Positions 9,791 to 19,589 are shown, counted from the first letter of the stretch. The stretch is DNA of 64,000 nucleotides from Bdellovibrionales bacterium (GCA_964230645.1 CAXRHT010000001.1:64001-128000), one strand, 5' to 3'. The notes: generated by a model not told the origin, from the sequence alone. Numbers and translations are program-made.

Positions 9791-10107
9791 TTATAAGAGT
9801 AGGGGCAAAGGCTGAGGGACACAAATTTTTATGCTTTGTTTCACCATTTTTAGCCTCTGTTTAGGTCCTTGGTCTAGGTTGCTCACCAATCATCACCCCT
9901 TTCCTTTGATTTGGGATTTCCATGATTTTTTGGTTTTTTTAAAGAGACTTAAAAAACCCCCTCCTTTTTTTAATTTTTTTTGAAAACTCAAATATTATGT
10001 AACACCGCCTGCGCCTTTTTTTTTCTCATTGTCTAAAAAAGAGACAATGACTTCCTATACACCTGTATAGGATATAACGACCAATTGAATTCTAAGCCCA
10101 CAAGACA

Positions 10108-10123
10108 TGGTTTCATTTTTGCT
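10108..10123 (+). promoter_or_regulatory. Candidate sigma54 promoter of the S8 protease
   Basis: TGGTTTCATTTTTGCT (GG-N10-GC); palindrome TGTCTAAAAAAGAGACA at 10030-10046. Confidence 0.55.
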
Positions 10124-10154
10124 CTTAAGAAAAGCGGGATTATGAGGGGGCTCT

Positions 10155-13100
10155 ATGAATAAAACCATCCAATTATTTATTTCTCTAATTGGTACGATGA
10201 CCATACTGGGATGCGGAAACGCCTTTGAAGCCGGAGACTTCGCTAGCCGTTCCTCCCAACTCCCCACTGTTCTCCGTAGCCAAACGGACCTCATTGATGT
10301 TTCCGAAAAATTGAGCGTTCAAAAAAGTGCCGTTGTTGACTCTCAAAGTATTTCAGCCTCCTCGACATTTTCCTCAGCAAACTCCAAATACAGTGAGTTT
10401 CAAAAGTTAGGAGTTAAAGCCGGGTCACGCTGGACAGCTCTTCTTGATAACGAATGCCTCAAGCTTTCTGCTTCCGAAGATTTTGCCACCAAGCTTTCCA
10501 AACAAGAGTTTGATCTCAATTCCCTCAAACAGAAAAAAGTCGCCTACTCTTTTGAACTCGATTCCGATCTCACTCTCCAAGAGCTTGCATTAAAACTCGA
10601 TGAAAGTGGTTGTGCTATTTATATGGAAAATGAACAAGACGAGGTGGAAGTTGTTTCTTACAATGATCCTCACTTCTCCGCACAAAAGCATTTAAATGAA
10701 ATTCAATCCGATTTTGCAGAGAAGATTCAACAAACCTACCAGGGCACTCAAGATGTGGTTGTGGCTATCATCGATACAGGCCTTGATCTCAACCATGAAG
10801 ACTTTGATAAAAACAAATTGTGGAGAGATGCGAGAGGCTTTAACGGCATTGACTTTCATAACAATGATTACAATCCTCAGGATGGTCACTCTCATGGGAC
10901 CTATGTGGCTTCTCTTCTTGCCGCACACACCAACAATAACAAAGGTGTTTCAGGGGTTGCCCCTTCCGGAATCCGCCTTATGCCTATTAAGGTTCTCGAC
11001 GACCGAGGTCGTGGCTATAGCACAAATGTGGTCAACGGCATTTATTACGCTATAGAAAACGGAGCTCACATCATAAACTTAAGTGTCGGTTTTCAAAAAG
11101 AAAGTAAAGTCATGCAAAAAGCCCTACAAGCGGCTGTCGATAGCGGTGTGATCGTTGTTTCTGCTGCTGGGAACTCCGGCCAACAACTTTCTAATAATTA
11201 CTTTATCACTCCTGCAGGTTACGCTTACTCTCAAAGAGGTCACATCTCGGTAGGCTCTACAAATGAAAGCGGAGCCTTGAGTGCTTTTAGTAACTTTGGT
11301 GCCGGTTGGGTTGAAATCGCCGCACCTGGTACAAATATTATGGGAGCTGTTCTCAATAATAAATATGAGACGAAGAGTGGGACCTCTGCCAGTGCCCCTC
11401 TTATAGCTGGAGCGGCGGCTCTTTTAGTGCACCAAAAAATAAACACCGGTCAAGGCTACACGGCCGGAGACATTGAGGACTTTCTTTTAGAAAACTCTAT
11501 TAAGGACGCAAAACTGACCTCTCAAATTTTAAAGGGTCATCGCCTTAATCTAAAAAATCTCCACGACGCATTGGTCGCGCAGGGCCCAATCACAGAGCCT
11601 GAATTAAACGAAGAGAATAACAATCCTCAAGACACCAATCCACCGCCACAGAATCCTCAAGGCAATCCGGAGGAAACTAAAATTTATCTCGGTGAAATCA
11701 ATAGTGTGAATTACGATGCCAATTTAAAAGCGGTTGTTATCAAAGGCTGGGGCTGCCGCTGGGGTACGTCTCAATCCCCAATTATTACACTTTTCTATGA
11801 CTTCAAATTAGATGAAGATTATATGGACTTCCCCACAAGAAGTCGACTCCCCAGCAGTGCAGCCGTTGAAGATCAATGTGGAGTGCAAGGAAACTTCAAT
11901 TTCGAGCATCACCTTCCTGTGGCCAAGGTGACTAAGTTAGCCATGGAAGGAATGGAAATTTCAGGCTCTGTCGGTTTTACCGAAATTGACGAAATCGGTA
12001 TCGGTAACTTTCAATTGACTCGCTCGCAAAAATTTGTGGTCCCAAAACTCCCCGACACAGTGGATGTCGAGGTGCCTGTGAGTGACGGGATGCCAGTGAT
12101 CAAGGGAAAAATTGAAAGTATCCGTTACCGCACTGATTTAACAAAAGTGGAAGTGTCAGGTTGGGCCTGTGAGGTGGGCGATCCGGGCAGTGCTAAAGTT
12201 TACCTGGCCGCCCTCAGACCTGTGGGTGGATACATCACAACCGATGTGGTCCAAGCCGATCAAACAAGCTCTGCTGAATCAAGACAGGTCTGCCAAACAA
12301 ATTCCAACCATGGCTTTAAGGCCTATATTGGTTTAAGCTCTGTGGATACTTTTGAGCTTGAGGGAGCCCAAGTGAGACTGCACGCCTACGGTCCTTTTCG
12401 AAGTGCGGGCTCTGAGCTTATCCCAAACCCCATGAACTTAAAAGTACCTGAGATCACTGACGCCCAAAGAGACACACCTCCGCCCACTCCGCAAACAGAA
12501 ATTAAAGGAGCCATTACTTCAATTGTTTATAATCCCAACACCAAAGCCGTCGATGTCATGGGCTGGGCTTGTGAAGTGGGTGTGGATGGACCAACAAAAG
12601 TGGAGCTTCTATTTCAACTTGATAGCGGCAGATACAGCAATAAGTACGCTGACACCACTTTAGAATCGAGCAACCAAGTTCTTGATGCCTGTGATTCCGG
12701 GGGCACTCATAACTTCAAGATCAGTCAAAATGCTTTTGTCAGTGATGCTCATACACTGCTCACCGATGGTAAACTGATCCTACAATTAGTGAACGGACCC
12801 AATGGCGAATTTAAAAACCCCATAAACCCAGACGCCTATAAAATTCCTGAAATTCCACAATTAAACAATCAAAACGAACTTATGGGTGCTGTCACAAGTG
12901 TCAACTATAACAACACTCGAAAAGAGCTGATCATTCAAGGCTGGCTGTGTGAAAAGGGTCTTGTCGGTTCTATTAAGTACCGTCTTGATGTTTTTCGACC
13001 AGAGCTTGGAAGCCGAGTGTCTTTGTCTCCTAAAACAGCACAGTCTCCGAGTTCCAACACGGTGAAAAATCAATGTGAAGCCAATGGACGTTTTAACTTC

Positions 13101-13244
13101 CAACACGTTCTCACCAGAGCCGATCTTGACAAATACCAGATTAAGCCAGGCTCTCATATCCGCATGTACTCTTACGCCAATAAAGAGGGTATGCCTAATA
13201 AGATGATCGGCAAAGACCAAAATTACCTGGTCCCTAACTACTAA
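10155..13244 (+). CDS. S8 (subtilisin-like) serine protease lipoprotein with four C-terminal GW(A)C repeats
   Basis: Lipobox ILGC; catalytic AIIDTG, HGTYVA and SGTSASAP; oxyanion AAGN; Pro/Asn linker then four ~130-aa repeats. Confidence 0.92.
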   Translation: MNKTIQLFISLIGTMTILGCGNAFEAGDFASRSSQLPTVLRSQTDLIDVSEKLSVQKSAVVDSQSISASSTFSSANSKYSEFQKLGVKAGSRWTALLDNECLKLSASEDFATKLSKQEFDLNSLKQKKVAYSFELDSDLTLQELALKLDESGCAIYMENEQDEVEVVSYNDPHFSAQKHLNEIQSDFAEKIQQTYQGTQDVVVAIIDTGLDLNHEDFDKNKLWRDARGFNGIDFHNNDYNPQDGHSHGTYVASLLAAHTNNNKGVSGVAPSGIRLMPIKVLDDRGRGYSTNVVNGIYYAIENGAHIINLSVGFQKESKVMQKALQAAVDSGVIVVSAAGNSGQQLSNNYFITPAGYAYSQRGHISVGSTNESGALSAFSNFGAGWVEIAAPGTNIMGAVLNNKYETKSGTSASAPLIAGAAALLVHQKINTGQGYTAGDIEDFLLENSIKDAKLTSQILKGHRLNLKNLHDALVAQGPITEPELNEENNNPQDTNPPPQNPQGNPEETKIYLGEINSVNYDANLKAVVIKGWGCRWGTSQSPIITLFYDFKLDEDYMDFPTRSRLPSSAAVEDQCGVQGNFNFEHHLPVAKVTKLAMEGMEISGSVGFTEIDEIGIGNFQLTRSQKFVVPKLPDTVDVEVPVSDGMPVIKGKIESIRYRTDLTKVEVSGWACEVGDPGSAKVYLAALRPVGGYITTDVVQADQTSSAESRQVCQTNSNHGFKAYIGLSSVDTFELEGAQVRLHAYGPFRSAGSELIPNPMNLKVPEITDAQRDTPPPTPQTEIKGAITSIVYNPNTKAVDVMGWACEVGVDGPTKVELLFQLDSGRYSNKYADTTLESSNQVLDACDSGGTHNFKISQNAFVSDAHTLLTDGKLILQLVNGPNGEFKNPINPDAYKIPEIPQLNNQNELMGAVTSVNYNNTRKELIIQGWLCEKGLVGSIKYRLDVFRPELGSRVSLSPKTAQSPSSNTVKNQCEANGRFNFQHVLTRADLDKYQIKPGSHIRMYSYANKEGMPNKMIGKDQNYLVPNY

Positions 13245-13253
13245 AATTTTATT

Positions 13254-13281
13254 GAGGAGTGCACTTCGTGCTCCTCTTTTT
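13254..13281 (+). terminator. Rho-independent terminator
   Basis: GAGGAGTGCACTTCGTGCTCCTC followed by TTTTT. Confidence 0.8.
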
Positions 13282-13375
13282 CATGCCTCAAATATAGATT
13301 TACTGCACAGGTGTTCCGATAATTACAGTGATTCTCAACTTGATACAGTTTAATTGCAGCTTGAGCCCAAAATCT

Positions 13376-13391
13376 CGGTATGAATATTGCT
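13376..13391 (+). promoter_or_regulatory. Candidate sigma54 promoter of the four-gene operon
   Basis: CGGTATGAATATTGCT (GG-N10-GC) 30 nt before the GTG start. Confidence 0.55.
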
Positions 13392-13421
13392 CCTTAATAA
13401 TACATCTACGGGAGGGATACT

Positions 13422-14036
13422 GTGGGAAAAAGATTTCTAATGTTATTATCTATATTAATGATGAGCTCAACGGGATTTATCTATCAAAATTGTGCACCTT
13501 TTGAGAGCCTTCAGAAAACAGAAAGTTTAGCTTCTAATGCAGTCAATGATTTTACCAGCTCTGAACTTTCATGTCGTTTCATTGGCGGGAATGCCCTGTC
13601 TACTGTTTTGACAAACACGCTCGGCCTGCCCGAGGGTGATGTGGCTATGCTTAATGAACAAGGGGAACCTTTAAAGAGCAATAACTGTAAAAGCTTTAAT
13701 CACCAAAATGGCGGACGGGACTGTCTTTATCTTTCCGAGTACTCCAGCGAATTGAGCACACAGAGCTGTAACACTTCGACTTTCCGTCTTGTTGCTCAAA
13801 TTTATACGAATGCTTGTGCTGAGAGTCTCAGTCAGGAAGAAAATGTTAACCGCTTGTTTCCGCAAGGCAGTGATAATTATACAACCATCCATCAGGCATT
13901 CACGGGGAGAACGCCACGAGGGGATGAAATTCAAATTCTTAAGGACCTATCCAAAGAGTTTGAAGTGGAGCAGGAAAAAATGACAGCCGTTTGTGCTGCC
14001 ATCGGTTCAAGCCTTGCATCAATTAATAGTTTCTAA
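13422..14036 (+). CDS. Lipoprotein with a C-terminal DUF1595/DUF1553-like helical motif
   Basis: Lipobox-like YQNC; several Cys; IHQAFTGRTPRGDE...AVCAAIGSS motif. Confidence 0.7.
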   Translation: MGKRFLMLLSILMMSSTGFIYQNCAPFESLQKTESLASNAVNDFTSSELSCRFIGGNALSTVLTNTLGLPEGDVAMLNEQGEPLKSNNCKSFNHQNGGRDCLYLSEYSSELSTQSCNTSTFRLVAQIYTNACAESLSQEENVNRLFPQGSDNYTTIHQAFTGRTPRGDEIQILKDLSKEFEVEQEKMTAVCAAIGSSLASINSF

Positions 14037-14056
14037 ATTTATCGGGAGAATGGGGA

Positions 14057-15454
14057 ATGAAGAACAAAAAGAAAACAACATTTGATCAACTCGACCTAGC
14101 TTTTGCACAATCTCGCAGAAACTTTGTCACTAAGTTAAGTTTTACTCTGGCCGCCGCTGGAGTCGCTAGTCAAACAAGACTGAGTCTTGTGGAAGAACTC
14201 GCACGCCAAATTATTCCACAAGCTCATGCCGACGATCTCGTGGCACCACAAAGATTAATCTTTATTGGAGTTCGCTCCGGAATTCCCATAATGCCTTTTG
14301 GAGCTCCGGATCTTTTCGCGCAGAGGGCAGAAGCCTTAACGCCGAATGTTCCATTTCAAGGCAGTCAATTCACTAAGGGAAAGAACGGACTTAATTTCAG
14401 TCCAGACTCTTTGCCTTTGAAAGCTCACGAAGACAATCTACTAATTACACAGGCCGTTCAAACCGAAGGTGGACACACTCGCATGTTTAACTTCTGGGAA
14501 GGGGGCCGAGGTCAGAACCAAGTCTCCCCTATCATCACACTTGCCAATCGAAATCCATCGGCCTCGGTGATTCCAGGGGTTCATTTTGCTCAAAACTCCA
14601 ATGGCAACCGTGTGGTTGATCACAGAACAGGAAGTCTTCCCGATTTACTGACCACACACAACTCCACTTTTAAAGACAACTTTAAAAAAGCCACCCTAGC
14701 TTTTGACGATGATGCGACCAAAAAGATTTTAGAGGCCTCTGTTAAATTGACTCGACGCCAGGCTTTGAGAATGCAAGCCTCTATTAAAAATCCGTTAAAT
14801 TATTCAGGAGATCAAAGTAAAGCCGCTGAGCTTCTTGGTTTCGATTATGTTCAAGCTCTCAACCCCACAGATATCAATAGTGCACTCAATGGCGGGGCCA
14901 ATGGTACCTATCGTAACTTTGGTGAGGCTTTAGGACATACCCTAAAAGCCATGACATATAATTTGATAAACTCATCAACCATTGAACTCTCTATTGGTGA
15001 CTGGCATGGCCGACGTGATATGACCTCAACAAGAGCTCACTACGCCGATGTCTCAGAAAAACTAGCGGCGGCCGTCGCCTATCTAAAAGCGACCCCCGAC
15101 TTGCAAGGTCCTAATGGCACCACCCTGTGGGACACCACCACAATTGTCATTGGAAGTGAATTTAACCGTAACGATAGTACCTTTGGTAGAGACAATGGTG
15201 ACGGTGGATCGCAAGGAACTTTGATCTTGTCGAAAAAGGTTCGTGGCGGATACTACGGAAAAGTCGATTACAACGGCAACGCCAATGCGGGAGGAAACCC
15301 AAGGATTCTCACTCACACAGGTGTGGATCGTACCTCGGGACAACTTCTCCCCAATGGTCAACGCAACTCAACCCGCCAGCTCTATCACACCATTAACAAT
15401 ATTATAGGTAACTCAAGCACAGCTTCTGAGGTCATCACAACTTATCTGGGGTAA
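14057..15454 (+). CDS. Tat-exported DUF1501-like protein
   Basis: SRRNFV twin-arginine motif and QAHA cleavage site; GDWH and DTTTIVIGSEFNR..GG..G motifs typical of the DUF1501/DUF1552 group. Confidence 0.75.
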   Translation: MKNKKKTTFDQLDLAFAQSRRNFVTKLSFTLAAAGVASQTRLSLVEELARQIIPQAHADDLVAPQRLIFIGVRSGIPIMPFGAPDLFAQRAEALTPNVPFQGSQFTKGKNGLNFSPDSLPLKAHEDNLLITQAVQTEGGHTRMFNFWEGGRGQNQVSPIITLANRNPSASVIPGVHFAQNSNGNRVVDHRTGSLPDLLTTHNSTFKDNFKKATLAFDDDATKKILEASVKLTRRQALRMQASIKNPLNYSGDQSKAAELLGFDYVQALNPTDINSALNGGANGTYRNFGEALGHTLKAMTYNLINSSTIELSIGDWHGRRDMTSTRAHYADVSEKLAAAVAYLKATPDLQGPNGTTLWDTTTIVIGSEFNRNDSTFGRDNGDGGSQGTLILSKKVRGGYYGKVDYNGNANAGGNPRILTHTGVDRTSGQLLPNGQRNSTRQLYHTINNIIGNSSTASEVITTYLG

Positions 15455-15455
15455 T

Positions 15456-16553
15456 ATGAAACATCGGGGAATTTCGGGGATCATTCTAACACTTCTTACT
15501 CTATTGGTGCTCCTTTACCAGGGGTGCCAAGGAGGAAACGTGAACTCTTCAAGCACACTCACCTCTTTTAATGAGCCAGGGCCAGAGGAACTTGAACCAA
15601 TCACTGAAGAACAGCGTCAGCAATCTTTTCGAAGAGTAAGCCTCATTTTTCTAAATCAAGCTCCGACTGCTGAACAATTGCAACAGGCTTCCAGTGAAAG
15701 TGGCTATAAACAGGCCATTGAGACCCTTGTCGACTCGCCCCAATTTGTCGCAAAGATGCGGAGTTATCACCAGGAATTTTTTGATATGAGTGGGCAAGAT
15801 GGCGACATCAACATGAATGAGCCTGCAAACCTTGCCTCTTTTCTTGTGAAAGAAAATATGGACTTCCGCCAAATTCTTAGGGCGGATTATTGCGTGAACA
15901 ATAACCTTGAAAAGGGCAACTGCTCAAGTTTTAATAACGATGCTGATCTGGCTAAGCAATTTGGAGCCGGGGTAGTGACCACACAAGCTTTCCTAAAAAA
16001 ATGGGAAGGACCTTTTAACTTTCGGCGAACAAGTCATATGCTTCAAGCCTTTGCTTGCCATGACTATCCCGATGAAAGTGACCCGGGTCTTTTTCCAGAG
16101 GAAGTTTCTGAAAACGTGCAGACTTTTGCGTGCACGGACTGTAATCCCAAATGCTACTCCTGCCACCGAACAATGAACTCTAGAGCTTCTCTTTTTTACG
16201 ACTTTGACACTTCGGGAGCATTTAACACAAACCCTGCTAATAATGTAGCTACCAAAAGAGATGACGGCAGTGTTTCCACTGTGGCTGATTTGCTCAACGA
16301 AGGTGTTAAACCACGCTTTCGGCAGCAAGAAGTGGCTAACTTAAAAGAGTACGCTTTTGAGCTCACTCGTGCTCCGAAGTTTCGCAAGTGTCTTGCCAAA
16401 CGTCTGACTTTGTTAGCACTCGGCGCTCAAAGTCACGAAGGTGAGCTCCCCACATTGCTTAAAGATATTGATCAAGGATTAATCAGACACCAGTTTCAAC
16501 TCAAAAGTTTCTACAAAGAACTACTAGGAAGTGATGAATATGTTATTCAATAA
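15456..16553 (+). CDS. DUF1549/DUF1588/DUF1585-like lipoprotein with CxxCH
   Basis: YQGC lipobox; FRRVSL...APT...LVDSPQF, GVVTTQAFL, CYSCH and FRKCLAKRL...LKSFYKELLGS motifs. Confidence 0.75.
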   Translation: MKHRGISGIILTLLTLLVLLYQGCQGGNVNSSSTLTSFNEPGPEELEPITEEQRQQSFRRVSLIFLNQAPTAEQLQQASSESGYKQAIETLVDSPQFVAKMRSYHQEFFDMSGQDGDINMNEPANLASFLVKENMDFRQILRADYCVNNNLEKGNCSSFNNDADLAKQFGAGVVTTQAFLKKWEGPFNFRRTSHMLQAFACHDYPDESDPGLFPEEVSENVQTFACTDCNPKCYSCHRTMNSRASLFYDFDTSGAFNTNPANNVATKRDDGSVSTVADLLNEGVKPRFRQQEVANLKEYAFELTRAPKFRKCLAKRLTLLALGAQSHEGELPTLLKDIDQGLIRHQFQLKSFYKELLGSDEYVIQ

Positions 16554-17196
16554 AAATTTCTTAACTTTGCTTTCAGTGATCACAATTTTGGCTTTTATGA
16601 ATTGCGCGCCTCTTGTAAGTACTCGCTACGATAGCGAACTGCTCCTTAGCTCTGCCGCTCAAGAGGTGGGACCTGATGGAGTTTTATTTTCAGCTCTTCC
16701 TCTGGGTCAACTTTCTATCGATCGGGAACTTCCTTTTTTCGCCGATGAGGTTTTCTTCACCGAGCCTGTTAAACAGGTGATCTGGGATCACAATCTCAAT
16801 GGTACGGCTTTCTGTGAGCAAAGTAGTGGTGAGACACCTTGGAGTGTTAAAATTCAATGCAGTGAACCAGGCACACTAAATTTATTTTTTATTGTCGAGT
16901 ACGAATCGGGAGTGGATGAGAGTTTCTTGGCCTCTGTAGACGTGCTTGCTGAACCCACTGACGAGCCCATTGACGAACCGGTAGAGCCCGTTGAGCCTAC
17001 ACCCCTTAATGGCGAGATGCTCTATTCGACAAGTTGTGCGGGTTGCCACGGTAGTGGTGCCAATTCCACCAAAAAAGGACGCTCCGCCGGTCAGATTCAA
17101 AATGCTATTACCAACAACGTGGGCGGAATGGGAATTCTTTCCACATTGTCGGCTGAAGAGGTTGAAGCGATCGCAGATTACCTGGATGCGCTTTAA
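16531..17196 (+). CDS. Lipoprotein with a C-terminal class I cytochrome c domain
   Basis: FMNC lipobox; EP-rich linker; G..LY...CAGCH, candidate distal Met (GGMG) and LSAEEVEAIADYL. Confidence 0.82.
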   Translation: MMNMLFNKNFLTLLSVITILAFMNCAPLVSTRYDSELLLSSAAQEVGPDGVLFSALPLGQLSIDRELPFFADEVFFTEPVKQVIWDHNLNGTAFCEQSSGETPWSVKIQCSEPGTLNLFFIVEYESGVDESFLASVDVLAEPTDEPIDEPVEPVEPTPLNGEMLYSTSCAGCHGSGANSTKKGRSAGQIQNAITNNVGGMGILSTLSAEEVEAIADYLDAL

Positions 17197-17209
17197 AGAA
17201 ATGAGATTT

Positions 17210-17431
17210 TTATCTACCTAGACGGTTTCGGCAAGAGACCTCGGGTCTTTCGCGCAAACAAGCTTGATAGAGTGAATTTGAATCGGTTGAACGATGGTTC
17301 ATGGCGCGTGGCTCTTCGTAAGGTCTTCCTGCACGGTTGTAACTGGCCGGCCTTCTGTCGTTGCTGCTGGCACATCCCATGAGACTCATAAGACCGATCA
17401 AGCAGATTGAATTAAGAATTCCTTTTCTCAT
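17210..17431 (-). CDS. Small lipoprotein
   Basis: LMGC lipobox, AGGAG RBS, RRPAS motif and paired Cys. Confidence 0.7.
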   Translation of the reverse strand: MRKGILNSICLIGLMSLMGCASSNDRRPASYNRAGRPYEEPRAMNHRSTDSNSLYQACLRERPEVSCRNRLGR

Positions 17432-17455
17432 TGTATTCTCCTGGTTAGTTCCTTC

Positions 17456-17482
17456 TTATCGGCGCTTTTAGCAAAGCATTTA
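17456..17482 (-). promoter_or_regulatory. Sigma28 (FliA) promoter, perfect consensus
   Basis: TAAA-N15-GCCGATAA on the minus strand directly upstream of 17431. Confidence 0.75.
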
Positions 17483-17556
17483 ACTGGATCTTAATCTGAA
17501 ACAGAGCCTAAGAGATTACAAAATATTACCTTTGATTAATCCGATATGACTTAGGG

Positions 17557-19329
17557 CTAGTCTCCTTTTCGTTCTAAAATTGCAAAATCCTGGTTGCTCC
17601 AAACAATACGGTAGCCATTTTTTTGCGCCCAATTATCTACAAATAAAACAGACTCCTGAGAGATTTGTGAGTGAGGAGGGATAATTTGTCCATTCCCCCA
17701 ATAATAGGACTGAGTATTGGTAATAGCTCGGAATAGAAAGCGTGGGAGTTTTTCCCCTTTTTTCTGACGAAAATAAAAAGCCATGGCTTTGACCCCTTGA
17801 ATGGTCGGCCATGGGTTTTCCAGATAACTTTTAGTGCCCGTGAGGTAGTAAAATAGAGGAACACTATTATAGGCCAAGGTGACGTCGCCGGGTTGAACGT
17901 ATTTTTGCGACTCTTTTAAGAATTCCCCAAAGCTTTTCACTCTTTGCTGGGAACTTTTTACTCCCTCTAGACTCTCCACATTGAATTCAGTATTGAGCTT
18001 TTCCCAATGAGGAATATCGCGGTAGGGACTTGAGGGAACCACCCAAAAACTCAACAAAACAAGAGGCATTAGAGATATAAAAAAACAAACGATGAGGCCA
18101 TTTCTACTTGGTGATTCTTTTTCATAATCTTGAAATATTTGTTTGAGCAAAACCACTTGAGCAGGAAGAGTAAACCACTGCCCCAGATGAATATTTAAAA
18201 AACCCACTCCCGATCCTGCAATACTAAAAAGACTCACTGTTATAAAAATCCACTGAATGTAGAAAATTTCAAGATAGGGAATCTCTTCGCCTCTTATTCT
18301 TTTAAGCACAACCGCTATTGTGGTGAAAATAGCTGTGAAGATAGAAAAGCTTCCAATGGCAGCACGGAGGTTATTTAAATTTCCATCAAAGATAAAAAAG
18401 CCCATCAAGGTTAAGACGACAAGAACGGCCATAGCATAAAAGGTCTTTTGTTTTCTTTGCTCAAAAAATCGAAAGCCCCAAAAACTGAGGCAAAGAAATG
18501 CCAGATAACCCAGCGCCCATGACCAGCGCCAAAACAGATGTTTGACATAAAGGTTTAATAAAAACTTTAACCCATGCTCTTGTTGAACGGGCACATCTTC
18601 TACCAATCCAAACATGACTTTCAAGCTATGAACATAATTGTCCCACAGCCCACTTAAGGCGGTAAGAATTAGAAAAAAAGCCATCCCTACTAGAGTCGCC
18701 CCCCAAAGAGAGACGAGTCTTTTAAAGCCCCGTGACTTTTTTAAAAGTAAGAGATCAAAAATAACTGGAACTAACGGGAAAATAAAAAAAGCAAATAGAG
18801 ATGGGAAGCGACTACCGAAAGTCATTCCAGCCAAAAGAGCATAACAAAAAAGCCACTGCCATTGGGGCTTATCTCGGTAAGTCAAAAAACAAAGTCCACC
18901 AAGACTTAGAAAAAAAGCACCAAGATTGGTGTAATAAAGAATTTCTAGGCGTCCACCCACAAGAATGAGCCCAACAAGTAAGGTCGCAATAGTGGCTTGA
19001 TTTGTAGTGAGCCATTTTTTTAAAAAGAGCTTAACAAAATAGGAAAAACCAACAACAAGAAAACACCAACCAAGCCCTGCCCCTAAAAGCCCCAAGGGGG
19101 AAACGAGACTAAGCCATAGTCCCCCTAAAAAGTCAGAGAACCAAAGGGCGGTGGATTGAGACTCTCCAAGAAGAGTCAATTGCTGTTGATAGAGATTAAA
19201 ACCCGAATCGGTAACATCGAGACCCCGTCTTGCTAGTAAGAAACTATAGAGGAAAAGAATTAGGTAGCACAGGCCTGAAAGAAGTCCTGAGGGAAGTGAC
19301 CTTAATTTAGTTAGAGTTTTTTCTGACAT
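17557..19329 (-). CDS. Polytopic membrane protein, GT-C (ArnT/PMT-like) glycosyltransferase candidate
   Basis: About 13 hydrophobic segments, GLDVTDSGF loop after TM1 and a soluble C-terminal domain (PLFYYLT). Start set at ATG 19329. Confidence 0.65.
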   Translation of the reverse strand: MSEKTLTKLRSLPSGLLSGLCYLILFLYSFLLARRGLDVTDSGFNLYQQQLTLLGESQSTALWFSDFLGGLWLSLVSPLGLLGAGLGWCFLVVGFSYFVKLFLKKWLTTNQATIATLLVGLILVGGRLEILYYTNLGAFFLSLGGLCFLTYRDKPQWQWLFCYALLAGMTFGSRFPSLFAFFIFPLVPVIFDLLLLKKSRGFKRLVSLWGATLVGMAFFLILTALSGLWDNYVHSLKVMFGLVEDVPVQQEHGLKFLLNLYVKHLFWRWSWALGYLAFLCLSFWGFRFFEQRKQKTFYAMAVLVVLTLMGFFIFDGNLNNLRAAIGSFSIFTAIFTTIAVVLKRIRGEEIPYLEIFYIQWIFITVSLFSIAGSGVGFLNIHLGQWFTLPAQVVLLKQIFQDYEKESPSRNGLIVCFFISLMPLVLLSFWVVPSSPYRDIPHWEKLNTEFNVESLEGVKSSQQRVKSFGEFLKESQKYVQPGDVTLAYNSVPLFYYLTGTKSYLENPWPTIQGVKAMAFYFRQKKGEKLPRFLFRAITNTQSYYWGNGQIIPPHSQISQESVLFVDNWAQKNGYRIVWSNQDFAILERKGD

Positions 19330-19586
19330 TCCTTGTAGGCGATTTTTTTCTCTTTGTAGCAATTCTTTCGATCACCATCACACTGATATCGCCATCCCCG
19401 CTTTATCTTACACTGCTCAAGAGAAGATTGGGATGGAACATTGGCAATTTTACGACCAGTCTCTTTGGGAAACTCGATCTTAGCTTCCACTTTCTTAGTC
19501 CTTGGTCCTGCAAACAGAGCGGGTACACTCAAACAGGCAAAAGCCAAACAAAATTGCAAAAAACTCATTCCAAAAGATTTGTTCAT
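19311..19586 (-). CDS. Hypothetical small basic secreted protein
   Basis: Signal peptide, RKIA motif and 4 Cys in the mature part. Confidence 0.6.
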   Translation of the reverse strand: MNKSFGMSFLQFCLAFACLSVPALFAGPRTKKVEAKIEFPKETGRKIANVPSQSSLEQCKIKRGWRYQCDGDRKNCYKEKKIAYKECQKKL

Positions 19587-19589
19587 GCT

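Noticed and set aside
9800..9830. c-di-GMP-I (GEMM) riboswitch suggested by GGCAAA...GGGACACAAA
   Set aside because: No GNRA-capped P2 stem of adequate length and no P3 stem or receptor follows.
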